The position numbers and the translations under genes are program-made. From an uncultured virus (IMG/VR IMGVR_UViG_3300048926_000230) (Duplodnaviria; Heunggongvirae; Uroviricota; Caudoviricetes), in the IMG/VR virus record IMGVR_UViG_3300048926_000230, positions 1 through 64,000 of that record: a stretch of DNA of 64,000 bases, one strand, 5' to 3'. Every line of letters begins with the position of its first letter. The stretch's first letter is position 1. Below are positions 9,261 through 18,333 of this stretch, one piece after another. The notes under the pieces were generated by a model. The model made no database searches and was not told where the DNA came from. It saw nothing but the letters and a program-made list of their open reading frames with translations.

Positions 9261-10081
9261 CCCTTCGCATCGTGACGCATCGCAATTGGTTAGCTGAGCA
9301 GTTCAAGCAGCTCTCCAATGTCCACGTCGTTCAGGACTTCGGACTCGACTTCGACCCGGCAAACCTCGACGACTACTGGTGGGCGCCGGGCGCGTGGGTG
9401 GCGCGCGCTCACAAGTCCGGAATGCGGCTGCCGCTAATGTCCTGCGGTGTCGACTGGCTACCCAACCTCCCTGAGGCGTACCGCGGCCGGAAGGTCCAGA
9501 ACAAGCTGCTCGCCGAGATCTTCCCCGGCAAGACGCAGGCCACCTTCGCCAAGCTTCCCGAGGTCAAGCACGACGGCGTCCCAGCTAAGGTCTACGGCGA
9601 GTGCTACCTGCGAGAAACGCTGAAGCAGTACAACCTGCCGGCGGAGACCATCTGGCAATTGCAGGAGCCGGTGGAATTTGTCACCGAGGCGCGTTTTTGG
9701 ATTGCCCATCGGCATATCGTGGCGTTCAGCCCATATCGCCACCGTGACTGGGTGTGGGGCGCCGAGAATCGCCCGTTCCACCCCGTTTGGGATGCGCGGA
9801 TGAGCAAGATGGCCCGGTTCCTTGACGGCATGCTGAGCAATATGAGCGTGAGACTGCCGCGGGGATGCGTTATCGACGTGGGTATTACTGACGATGGCGA
9901 CGAGATGGTCATCGAGGCGAACGCCGCATGGTCCTCCGGCCCGTACGACGGCGACCCCGCCGGCATCTTCGAGGCGATCAAGGCAAGCCACGATTTCGAG
10001 GGGAAATACCCTGAGTGGGCGTGGCGACATAGTCCTGTATTTGACAACGTCGCGCCGTTGAAGATCCGCCAGCGCCTGTGA
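9257..10081 (+). CDS. ATP-grasp protein, R2K/DUF4343-like
   Basis: FAKLPEVK...QLQEPVEFVTEARFWI...CVIDVGITDDG..VIEANAAWSSGPY motifs. Confidence 0.75.
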   Translation: MTLRIVTHRNWLAEQFKQLSNVHVVQDFGLDFDPANLDDYWWAPGAWVARAHKSGMRLPLMSCGVDWLPNLPEAYRGRKVQNKLLAEIFPGKTQATFAKLPEVKHDGVPAKVYGECYLRETLKQYNLPAETIWQLQEPVEFVTEARFWIAHRHIVAFSPYRHRDWVWGAENRPFHPVWDARMSKMARFLDGMLSNMSVRLPRGCVIDVGITDDGDEMVIEANAAWSSGPYDGDPAGIFEAIKASHDFEGKYPEWAWRHSPVFDNVAPLKIRQRL

Positions 10082-10267
10082 GACTCATTGTCCTGGCGCC
10101 GATCTCGTGTCCCGCGTGTCGACGTAAATTGACGTCCAGGTCAGCGTCCCCATTGTCCGTGAAGTGGTGTCAAAAATGCCGACACGCCGTGTCCTATGAA
10201 TCCAGTGATCGCGGTTACACGTGATGTAGATTGCGGGAACTAGTTCCTTGCCTTGGGTAATTAGTTC

Positions 10268-10316
10268 TTGACACCCTTATTGCTTGTCCCTATGTTTGTC
10301 TTACCGGACAAACATA
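10268..10316 (+). promoter_or_regulatory. SigA-type promoter of phage lsr2 with overlapping perfect 10-bp inverted repeat
   Basis: TTGACA(10268)-17 bp-TATGTT(10291); TATGTTTGTC-N6-GACAAACATA at 10291-10316. Confidence 0.65.
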
Positions 10317-10336
10317 CGAAAAGGGGATGAGCGCTC

Positions 10337-10693
10337 ATGGCCAGTCGCACAGTCACAATCATCAACGACGACCTCGATAACACCGAGGGCGCGTCCACAC
10401 GTGAATTCTCCATCGGCGGCCAGGCCTACACCATCGACCTCACCGACGCCAACTACGAGAAGATGCTCAAGGCGATGTCGAAGTACGTGCAGTTCGGCCG
10501 GAAGGTCGGGCCGCGGCGAGCCGGCCGAGGGCGCGCGCATCGGATTTCGAGGGCCCCGGAGAAGAGCGCCACGACGGCGGAGATTCGCGACTGGGCGAAC
10601 AAGAATGGCCACAACGTGAAGAACCGCGGGCGTGTGCCGGATGACGTCGTCGAGGCCTTCAACTCCGCCAACAGCACGCCCGCGGAAGTCTGA
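10337..10693 (+). CDS. lsr2: Lsr2-family nucleoid-associated protein (phage copy)
   Basis: TVTIINDDLD...FSIGGQAYTIDLTDAN...EIRDWANKNGHNVKNRGRVPDDVVEAF, including the RGR AT-hook-like motif. Confidence 0.9.
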   Translation: MASRTVTIINDDLDNTEGASTREFSIGGQAYTIDLTDANYEKMLKAMSKYVQFGRKVGPRRAGRGRAHRISRAPEKSATTAEIRDWANKNGHNVKNRGRVPDDVVEAFNSANSTPAEV

Positions 10694-10861
10694 CCGATGA
10701 ACAGTCTTGGTAACGTCCGGCGCTTCGCGAGGCTGATCGCCGTCACGGGCGCGCTGGTCGCCAACCAGGTGTCGGGCCAGTACTTAGCACATCAACAGGG
10801 CGAAGACGTAGAGCCCCCGACCGAAGATTTAGTCGTCGGAAAGTTCTACTATCTATAGACA

Positions 10862-10914
10862 GCCACCGGATGGAGGTTGGGCTTGTGTGGCAGCAATCCC
10901 CTCCATCCGGTGGC
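10862..10914. terminator. Long hairpin after the lsr2 unit, probable terminator
   Basis: GCCACCGGATGGAGG ... CCTCCATCCGGTGGC, perfect 15-bp stem. Confidence 0.6.
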
Positions 10915-11102
10915 CTGTATGTTATCTGAGCTTCACAGCTCTTTGCCAATCTGGCTGGTCATCAGTGTTTTGACCTGGAAAAACCACCACTGTAATTCCT
11001 TGCTCGATGGTGCGCCCCGCGCGTAGAGGAGCCTCCGCGCACGCACACGTTGGCAAACTTATCCCACCACCGGGAGTCTCCTCCCATGCCCAGGATCAGT
11101 TC

Positions 11103-11158
11103 GTCTCACTTTTGAGACATTCCTCTCGTTTGAGAGATTTCCGTGCTACCGTCGAAGC
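11103..11158 (+). promoter_or_regulatory. Phage promoter class A, copy 2 (extended -10 TACCGT at 11147, leaderless ATG at 11159)
   Basis: gtctcacttttgagac / ctctcgtttgagagat / gtgctaccgtcgaagc at 20-bp period. Confidence 0.75.
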
Positions 11159-11431
11159 ATGAACACGCAGCAGGACACATACGGGCGGGTCTACCTCGAT
11201 GGCACCGCCGAGGCCGATGTCGAGGCCATGTCCTTGCCGGTGCGGTGCCGCTTCTGCAACGGCATTTACGACCTCGGATCGGTGACGGTTACGGGGCGGT
11301 ACGTCGACTGCTCGGTATGGCAAACGCCGTGCTGCAACCGCACGGCCGACGACCGCGGCGATACGGGATGGAAGTCATTCGGCGACTACGAACATCTCGG
11401 CCGCCGGCGCGGAAGGAGTCCATTCCTGTGA
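11159..11431 (+). CDS. Cys-rich phage hypothetical protein
   Basis: CRFC...TPCC motifs; leaderless start. Confidence 0.65.
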   Translation: MNTQQDTYGRVYLDGTAEADVEAMSLPVRCRFCNGIYDLGSVTVTGRYVDCSVWQTPCCNRTADDRGDTGWKSFGDYEHLGRRRGRSPFL

Positions 11432-13494
11432 GTAGCGGCATCAACATCAATATGTCCGCCAACTCCCCAGCGGAGATGCGGGAGTTGTTCGAGAAGTGCA
11501 TGGCCGAAACGGACAAGCTGATCTATGACGGCAAGTTCGTCTACGGGCCCGGCTGTGGGCAGGTGTACGTGTTCGGCGAGAAGTGCCCGGACTGCAATGG
11601 CTTCGGCTGGATCAAAGAACTCAAGAACAAGTGCGCAACCTGCAAGGGGCGCAAGGAGGTTGGACCGGCATGGGTGATGTGATGAGCGCCGACGTCTACA
11701 AGGTCGTGGAACTCCTTGGGCACGAGGAGGATTGCTATAGCCTCCGCCCAGAGCATGACTGGATGCACAGCGAGTGCACGCATGACGACTCCGGCTGCGG
11801 CGTCTGGATGACCGCGAGGCTGATCCTCACCTCAGACAACGTGAATAAGTTGCTGGCCGCGGCGTGGGAGCGCGGATTCCTAGCCTGCCAGATTCGGGTG
11901 GGTAATGAGCTGCTCAAGCTGTTACCGAATGGTGTCGACGCCTCAAATCCGTACCGGCCCAAGGTGGATTGATGGGCGTAGCAGCTAGCGGTACTCAACA
12001 GGAGTTGAAATGAACCAATTAGAAGCAATGCAAGAGACACTCACCCTGGCTCACCAATACGGTATGTCCGATATCGATGGGTTCGCCGATGGCTGCGACT
12101 ACTGGCACCTGCAGGACATGGTGGAGCGTGCCGCGGCGGCGATGAATATGCCGGGCGCGGAGTTCTCGGCCGCGAAGCTGGGCCGGTGGTTGGGATGGAT
12201 GCAGTGCGCTGTCGTCGCGGCCGGAATCGGACTCACGCTCGAAGATATGAAGCAGATCAATCGGCGGCACGCATGACCGACCTGACCGAACGCGCCAAGG
12301 CGTCGCTAGAAGGCATCACCGAGGGGCGCTGGCGAGCCGTCAATGTCGGCAATATCCATTGGGGCGTGACCCACGGGGAGTATAACTTCCCGACGGTTGT
12401 CAAGGCGCAGTGTGGGTACGACGGCTTCGGCAGTGGCAGCTCCCAGGTCAACGCCGAATTCATCGCCGCCGCACCGGATCTCGTTCGGGAACTGGTCGCC
12501 GAGGTCGAGCGGCTTCGGGCGCGCGAGGAGTCCGTCGCCGAAGCCTCGTATCGGACCGGCATGCTCGACGCGGAGGGGATCCTCCGGTGAACTTTGAATA
12601 CACGGACGCCATTGGCAACGCCCTGTCTATGGATCTCCTGCGCGAGGATGATGGCACGATTTCTGGCGCCTTCGGGATCATCGACCAGCATGAAGAGTCC
12701 GAATTCGTTCGGCTCAATCAGGGCCAGCTCGCGTCCCTGCGGGACGAACTAATCAAGGCAATCGGACCTGGCGGAAGGACGTAGGCGCATGAGGTGCAAC
12801 TGGTGCCGCGACACCGGCTGGGTGCCTGGTTTGATCCGCCGCCTCAAGCGGTGCCGGCACTGCGGGTACTGGCGATGACGCGCGCCGCGGACAACGCGGA
12901 AGAAATCATCGAGCGGTGTCTGATCCATTGGTTTCCAGACCTGCCGCCCTCGACAAGGCGAGACGTCTCAGCGTCGATCCAAGGCAATCTCGCTGCCGCC
13001 GGGTGCTCGACCGAACCGGCGAAATCCTGCGAGCAACGTTGCGCGGGTAGCGGATACGCGATGAACGAGTGCTACACATGCCCGCGCCCCGCCCGCTGGG
13101 AGGTCGGACTATATGACTACCCGGGGTCACGCAGAAGAGCGTGCGCGCATCACGTGCATGGCTTGCTCGATGTCAAGCTTTCGGGCAAGTGGAATGACTA
13201 CGTGTGTGAAGTGCGACGGCTGGCAGGCAAATCGTAACGCCCACTTATCGGTGAATCGAGGAGATGCACATGATGGATAGATCGACGCATTGCGATAACC
13301 GGGATCACGACAAGTGCGACGGCACAGTGACGATCTTCGACCAGGATGGCCCCAGTCGCTACGTGTGCTCGTGTAGCTGCCACAACGCCGCATTCAACGA
13401 GCGCGAATGTACAGCGTGCCGGGGCACTGGGCGCCTACACGACGTGCGCTCATCGGGTCGGCAATCAACGCAGCCCGGACCCGTTCCAGCTTGA
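11428..13494 (+). other. Run of short phage genes, several Cys/Zn-finger type (11428-11682 DnaJ-like CxxCxGxG; 11682-11972; 12010-12276; 12273-12590 Ead/Ea22-like; 12587-12784; about 12875-13237; 13264-13494)
   Basis: Coupled ORFs; CPDCNGFG and CATCKGRK; NAEFIAAAPDLVRELVAEVERLRA. Confidence 0.6.
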
Positions 13495-13560
13495 CATAAG
13501 ACTGCGTTATCGCACCTGACGTAATAACTAATTATCAGCGAACTTTCACAGGAGTCACAC

Positions 13561-13959
13561 ATGGGAGATCCGGCGGTAGAGGCGGTAGAACGCGTCGAGG
13601 ATATCTGCAAGCGCGGCCTGCTCGGCATATACCTCGGGCACAAAGCCCCGATCACGAGTGAACATGCAGCGGCCAACGAAGCGTTGCGGCCCATCCGCGA
13701 GATGGTCCATGATCAGCGACTCTTCGGCAGGGGTCCGCACTCGCAAGAGTGGTGGGACGGCGTGCAGTACATCCTGGAAGAGCTTGATCCCCTAATCTAC
13801 GCCAAGGATTGCCCGTGCGAAGGTTTCGGTGGCGCCGGCTGTCCGCAAATGGAGTCAATAGGCGTGACCGCGCGCCCGTCTTACGCGCCATTCGCGCCGG
13901 CAGATCCCAAGACGTGCACATGCGTAGATCCGTTCTCTGACTGTCCCACCCACGGCTGA
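13561..13959 (+). CDS. Phage hypothetical protein, paralog of 7676-7927, with Cys-rich C-terminal module
   Basis: MGDPAVEA...AANEALRPIREM...LDPLIYA versus MSDPAEWA...AREALAPIRDV...LSPLVYA; RBS acaggag. Confidence 0.7.
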   Translation: MGDPAVEAVERVEDICKRGLLGIYLGHKAPITSEHAAANEALRPIREMVHDQRLFGRGPHSQEWWDGVQYILEELDPLIYAKDCPCEGFGGAGCPQMESIGVTARPSYAPFAPADPKTCTCVDPFSDCPTHG

Positions 13960-14348
13960 TGAAACGGTCGGCCCCGATTGATGTGACGATCCTGCCCTTG
14001 AGGGACCTATACGCAACCTACAGTGGACACTCACGCTTGGGCGTCTTCGTGAAGCTGGGCCGGAAATGCGCGACCTGCCCCCGCGAAGGCAACGTCTTGC
14101 TGGTCTCGCGAGATAGGGGCGGCGGCGTCCACATTGACCTCTATGCAGATCATGTTCTCATGACCGTAGATCACATAATTCCTCGGTCAGTAGCCAAGCG
14201 GTGGAACTGGCCGACCGCCAGCATCGAATCAATCCGCAACAAACAGCCAATGTGCCAGCCGTGCAACGGCAAAAAGGGGAACAAGCTCCCCTGTTCTACT
14301 TCTCAATCCTCGCCGCGGAGCCGGCCCAATCGACAGGAGTACCCATGA
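13959..14348 (+). CDS. HNH endonuclease
   Basis: CATC...MTVDHIIPRS...NKQPMCQPCNGKKG. Confidence 0.8.
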   Translation: MKRSAPIDVTILPLRDLYATYSGHSRLGVFVKLGRKCATCPREGNVLLVSRDRGGGVHIDLYADHVLMTVDHIIPRSVAKRWNWPTASIESIRNKQPMCQPCNGKKGNKLPCSTSQSSPRSRPNRQEYP

Positions 14349-14608
14349 CCGAAAATCCCGGCAGCTACATCGACGTCCGGTTCCACTTCAACAAGATCGA
14401 AGAAGAGCCACTGGGCGACGGCGACAGCTACGACTACTACGACCTGAAGTCCGTCGAGCGGATCGGGTCGAACATCCCCCAGCACGAGTTCCTTGGCATC
14501 GGCGAGACTCTTGGCCAGTCCGACCGCTGGCACATCAGCGGAGTCAACGCCACTCTCGACGCCATGGTGGGTTCCAAGGGGTCGCACGAGGTCGGGAGTC
14601 CCTGGTGA
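14345..14608 (+). CDS. Phage hypothetical protein
   Basis: RBS acaggag, coupled ORF. Confidence 0.55.
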   Translation: MTENPGSYIDVRFHFNKIEEEPLGDGDSYDYYDLKSVERIGSNIPQHEFLGIGETLGQSDRWHISGVNATLDAMVGSKGSHEVGSPW

Positions 14609-14829
14609 GCACCCAGACACTCGACCGGCCGGACACTGACGAACGCACCGGCGACGACACCCCCAAGGTCTTCCACTACGTCAAGAAGGAGAAGATCACC
14701 GAAAGCGCCGTTATGGGTACGCATGTCATGGCTCTGTGCGGCGAGATCTTCCCGGTGACCAAGTCGGCCAAGCCCGGGTCTCCGGTCTGTCCGACGTGCG
14801 CAGAGGTCTACAAAAGGATCAAACCGTAA
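14605..14829 (+). CDS. DUF3039 family protein (host-like)
   Basis: FHYVKKEKITESAVMGTHVMALCGEIFPVTKSAKPGSPVCPTC matches the actinobacterial DUF3039 pattern. Confidence 0.85.
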   Translation: MSTQTLDRPDTDERTGDDTPKVFHYVKKEKITESAVMGTHVMALCGEIFPVTKSAKPGSPVCPTCAEVYKRIKP

Positions 14830-16329
14830 TGCCGCGGCCTAGCCAGTGTGGCGTCTGCGGGATGTTCGAGTTGTGCTTTGAGCCCGATCACCTACAGTGC
14901 GCCGAGAGGGTGGATTCCCCCGCGCCCAAGGCGCGCCCCTACTACGCGCCGTTCGCGCCGGCGGACCCGAAGTCGTGCACGTGCGTAGATCCCTTCTCCT
15001 GCTGCCCTATTCATGGCTGACTACATCCTCGCTTGGTGCGGGAAGTGTCAAGCGACAACCTGGCAGACGCGCACCGACTACGAAGGCGCCACATGCTCTG
15101 GGGGCCACCTGATTTCAGAACTGGAGGCGTCACGATGATCAGCCAAGAGGTAGCCGAACGCCTAGAGGCGTACAACAAAGCCCGAAGCCAAATGTACGGC
15201 GACCTCGCCCATACCGTGAGTGACGTCATCGCGGCGGCTGACAGATTGGCTGACGCAGTGGAGGACGACGAATGACCGGATGGGCAGATCAACCCGGTGG
15301 GACACTCCTAGGAAAGCTGATCGTGGACGCGTTCGGTCGAGCTGCAGACGCTGACAAGACTCGCAACGAGTGCACACTCTGCAATGGCGACGGCGGGCAA
15401 TACTTCAACCCCGACTGGCCAATGGGCGATTGCGGCGACCGGGAATGGGAGGACTGCGCCTGCGGTATCCAAGTCACCCCGGCTCGCAAGCAGGAGTTAT
15501 GGACCGCGACAAACAGGGCCTACAGCATCGCTCGGTACGGAACTCCGACAGGTTGAGAACGTGATCTTCGAAGAATCCAAGTATCTCGAATCAGTCATTC
15601 GATACCACAGCCAAACCAGCGCGCGCGGCAACTGCATGTGGTGTGGCACCCCTCCCCCATGCGCAATTCTCACTGAGGCGAAGGAGTCTCTTATGAATTA
15701 CACCGAACACATCCGCGAACTGATGTCATCAGGAAAGAAGATTATCGTGGTGTCTGACAAGGAGTTTCATCGACTCCCCAATGAGGTCGCGGCCAGCGCC
15801 GACGTGGTGATCTGTGCCGGCAAGATCGCCAAGGACCGTCAGGGCAATCACGTGCTGGTGACGATCTAATGCACTGGGCGGCGGTCACCAAGGTAGCGGA
15901 GGCGTATTACCACGCCTATGAGTGGTCGGGTTGCGAGGGCTCGCGCTGGGAGCGCTTACCCGAGGAGGCTCAACTCATATGGATTCGCCAAGCGGATCGA
16001 TGGGTAGATGTGTTGCGCATCATGGGCTATGAATTGAATAGGAGCGCAGTGTGACCAAGCTCGTTTCACCCGCGCACATCGAGCAGATCGTCGGAGTCGC
16101 AAGGGATCAACGCCTTCATATCGGCCGGCTGATCACCGCGGAGCCCGCCGCGTACATCCTCCACTCCCAAGAATGCGTCGAAAGCGGGATCGACCTTCGG
16201 GATTGCGAGTACTCGCTAGCTCTCGACCGAGGCATTGGCGATTTTCTCTGGGATGGATTCGCTGATGTTCCAGTGGAACTCGCCATACTCAGCAGCGGAG
16301 ACCTGGCCCCGCTGTGTGTCCTGCGATGA
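14829..16329 (+). other. Run of short phage hypothetical genes (14829-15020, 15134-15275, 15272-15556, about 15561-15869, 15869-16054, 16051-16329)
   Basis: Coupled short ORFs. Confidence 0.55.
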
Positions 16330-16438
16330 CTACTCCCCCGACTCAGTCACTCGCCGAGCGCGCCCAGGCTGCCCTGGATGGCGCCAGCCCAGAGGGCATG
16401 TACGACGACTAGCCGAACTTGCATGAGCATCTCGACAA

Positions 16439-17266
16439 CTAGCCCAGCCAGCACTTCCGGGTCAGGTCGTGGATAGCGTCGTTGGAGGTACCCTTGCCGT
16501 CCCATAGACCGGTTCTGGATGCCATTGGCATCTCCCACCACAAGGCCGCTTCTTCGCGCACCTGGCGGGTCTTGAGTCCCGTGGCAACTCCGGCGTAGTG
16601 CAGCCAAAAATCATCCGCGCGAGGGCATATACCCATGAAGGCGTCACCCTTTTCTCGCAGCGCGTGTTGGATGACCGGTGGATAGGCAACCCCAGACACG
16701 CCCGTGGCGAGATGCAACTCCGACGGTTCCATGGTGGCGCAGATGGGCCACGACGCATACGGACCCTCTGAGCGCACCCTGGCGCGGTAAGCCGTGATTT
16801 GATCATCCCGATGTGCCGATAGAAGCTCTTCTAGCCATGTGGGTGGGTAGTAGGTGTCGTCATCGGCCGTCACAAGGGTAGCGGGAGCGCAGTTTTGGAC
16901 ATAGGGAAAGTACTTCTTGTGTGGCCCATAGTCTTTACACAGGACCACTTCCAAGCCGCGCTTGCGCAATCTGTACAACTGGGGGCTGTCGAAAATCTCA
17001 TCCACCCACAAGATCATCCGGTTGGGTCGCACCGTCCCGTTGGCGATGGTCTCAACAGCTTTCCATGCCGTGTTGAGGCGTTTGCCGTAACTCGTCATGG
17101 ACACGACGGCGGGAGCATCACCCGTAACCGGTTCGTACGATGTGAGATTTTGACGCCACAGCCTTGGCCCGAGGGCGATGTACTCGGCGAGCGCTGCCGC
17201 CTTCCCTGATACTGAGGCGGGGAAGGCGCCGTCGTTGCGACTGTCGATCACGGCAACAATATACAC
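16439..17266 (-). CDS. GT-A fold glycosyltransferase-like protein
   Basis: VVSMTSYGKRL...DYGPHKKYFP...LVTADDDTYYP (DxD)...ATGVSGVAYPP...ADDFWL. Confidence 0.75.
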   Translation of the reverse strand: MYIVAVIDSRNDGAFPASVSGKAAALAEYIALGPRLWRQNLTSYEPVTGDAPAVVSMTSYGKRLNTAWKAVETIANGTVRPNRMILWVDEIFDSPQLYRLRKRGLEVVLCKDYGPHKKYFPYVQNCAPATLVTADDDTYYPPTWLEELLSAHRDDQITAYRARVRSEGPYASWPICATMEPSELHLATGVSGVAYPPVIQHALREKGDAFMGICPRADDFWLHYAGVATGLKTRQVREEAALWWEMPMASRTGLWDGKGTSNDAIHDLTRKCWLG

Positions 17267-17359
17267 ATACTGTTCAGCAAAATCTCAGAAACATGCTAGT
17301 GCCGGGCCCGCCAGGGTATATCCATGTCAAAAGCGTACTGTTTTCGGTACGCTTTTGAC

Positions 17360-17596
17360 ATGACGACCCAGCCTGAGCTAAACGGAGCCCGGTGGTTCGT
17401 AGTCGCGGTCGGCGCCGCCATGACCCTCGCCTCGGCCGGCTTCAGTATCTGGTCGACCTACATCATGGTCACCCGGGGCGACCCTGGAATATGGGCGATC
17501 ATCTGGGTGCTGTGGTGCGTCTTCTGGACATTCAAATGGGCCAGCATCCCGCTAAAAGTCCTTGCCGACACACGAAAAAACGCCCCCACCGAGTAA
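17360..17596 (+). CDS. Small two-TM membrane protein
   Basis: Hydrophobic ORF between the GT gene and the terminators; start uncertain. Confidence 0.5.
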   Translation: MTTQPELNGARWFVVAVGAAMTLASAGFSIWSTYIMVTRGDPGIWAIIWVLWCVFWTFKWASIPLKVLADTRKNAPTE

Positions 17597-17680
17597 GGGT
17601 GGGGGCTTAGACGACGAAAAACGCCCCAGCGCTTCAACTCAACCGGGGGGAACGGCCGGAAGAGGAGCGCTGGGGCGTTT
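17575..17680 (-). terminator. Two tandem hairpins ending the late/lysis transcript
   Basis: GCCCCCACC/GGTGGGGGC (17582-17606) with adjacent A-tract, and AAACGCCCCAGCGCT/AGCGCTGGGGCGTTT (17619-17680). Confidence 0.75.
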
Positions 17681-17698
17681 AGTCTTTGGGGTAGCTGA

Positions 17699-17932
17699 TT
17701 AGGCGCTCAGCGTGGCGAGTTTCTCGATCTGTGTCATGTTCAGTCCAGACCAGTGCCACGTGTCGCTGACGACGACGACGGGCATCTGGTTGTACCCGAG
17801 GGCTTCCACTGCGGCGCGGGCCTCGGGATCTTCGGTGACGTCGAACTGTTCGTAAATGATGCCCTTATTGTCGAGGGCTCGCTTAGTCCCCTTGCAGGGC
17901 TGGCAGTCCGGTTTGGTGTAGAGGGTGGTCAG
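17699..17932 (-). CDS. nrdH: NrdH-like glutaredoxin (CTG start; missing from ORF track)
   Basis: LTTLYTKPDCQPCKGTKRALDNKGIIYEQFDVTEDPEARAAVEALGYNQMPVVVV...HWSG; CxxC motif; AAGGA 7 nt before CTG. Confidence 0.85.
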   Translation of the reverse strand: MTTLYTKPDCQPCKGTKRALDNKGIIYEQFDVTEDPEARAAVEALGYNQMPVVVVSDTWHWSGLNMTQIEKLATLSA

Positions 17933-17935
17933 CTC

Positions 17936-18298
17936 TTAGTCCTTCTTGTCGCCGTCGATGCGCTCCTGGCGCTCGATACTGAGATCACGTTGGACGATGC
18001 GCAGTCGCTCGTCGACGCCGTCAAGGCGCTCGTCGACCCTGCCGAATCCGTCCTTGACGAGGTCCCGGATCTGATCCATGTCTTCGCGCAGGTTCGTCTT
18101 GTGTGAGTTAACGGTCTGTTCATGGATCGCGTCGGTCTTCGCCTCTTGGGCGGCTCGGAACTCCTGGGACTCCTTGCGACCCTTGCGCTGCTGCAAGTAG
18201 AGCAACCCCGCCGGCAAGCCGTAGACGAGTAGCCATGGGATGAGCGTCCAGATGTTGGTGGGCTCGAAGCCCGGCATCTCCACGGTGGGGGTGCTCAC
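17936..18298 (-). CDS. Lysis-associated membrane protein (DUF2746-like)
   Basis: TM segment then IHEQTVNSHKTNLREDMD...ERQERIDGD, the usual post-lysB gene type. Confidence 0.7.
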   Translation of the reverse strand: MSTPTVEMPGFEPTNIWTLIPWLLVYGLPAGLLYLQQRKGRKESQEFRAAQEAKTDAIHEQTVNSHKTNLREDMDQIRDLVKDGFGRVDERLDGVDERLRIVQRDLSIERQERIDGDKKD

Positions 18299-18333
18299 CG
18301 GGACCGACAATTCAGTTGTGTCATCGGATGTCC

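Larger units (their letters stand above)
13870..15020 (+). repeat. Imperfect 90-bp direct repeat (13870-13959 and 14931-15020)
   Basis: Both copies encode ARPxYAPFAPADPKxCTCVDPFSxCPxHG-stop. Confidence 0.85.
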
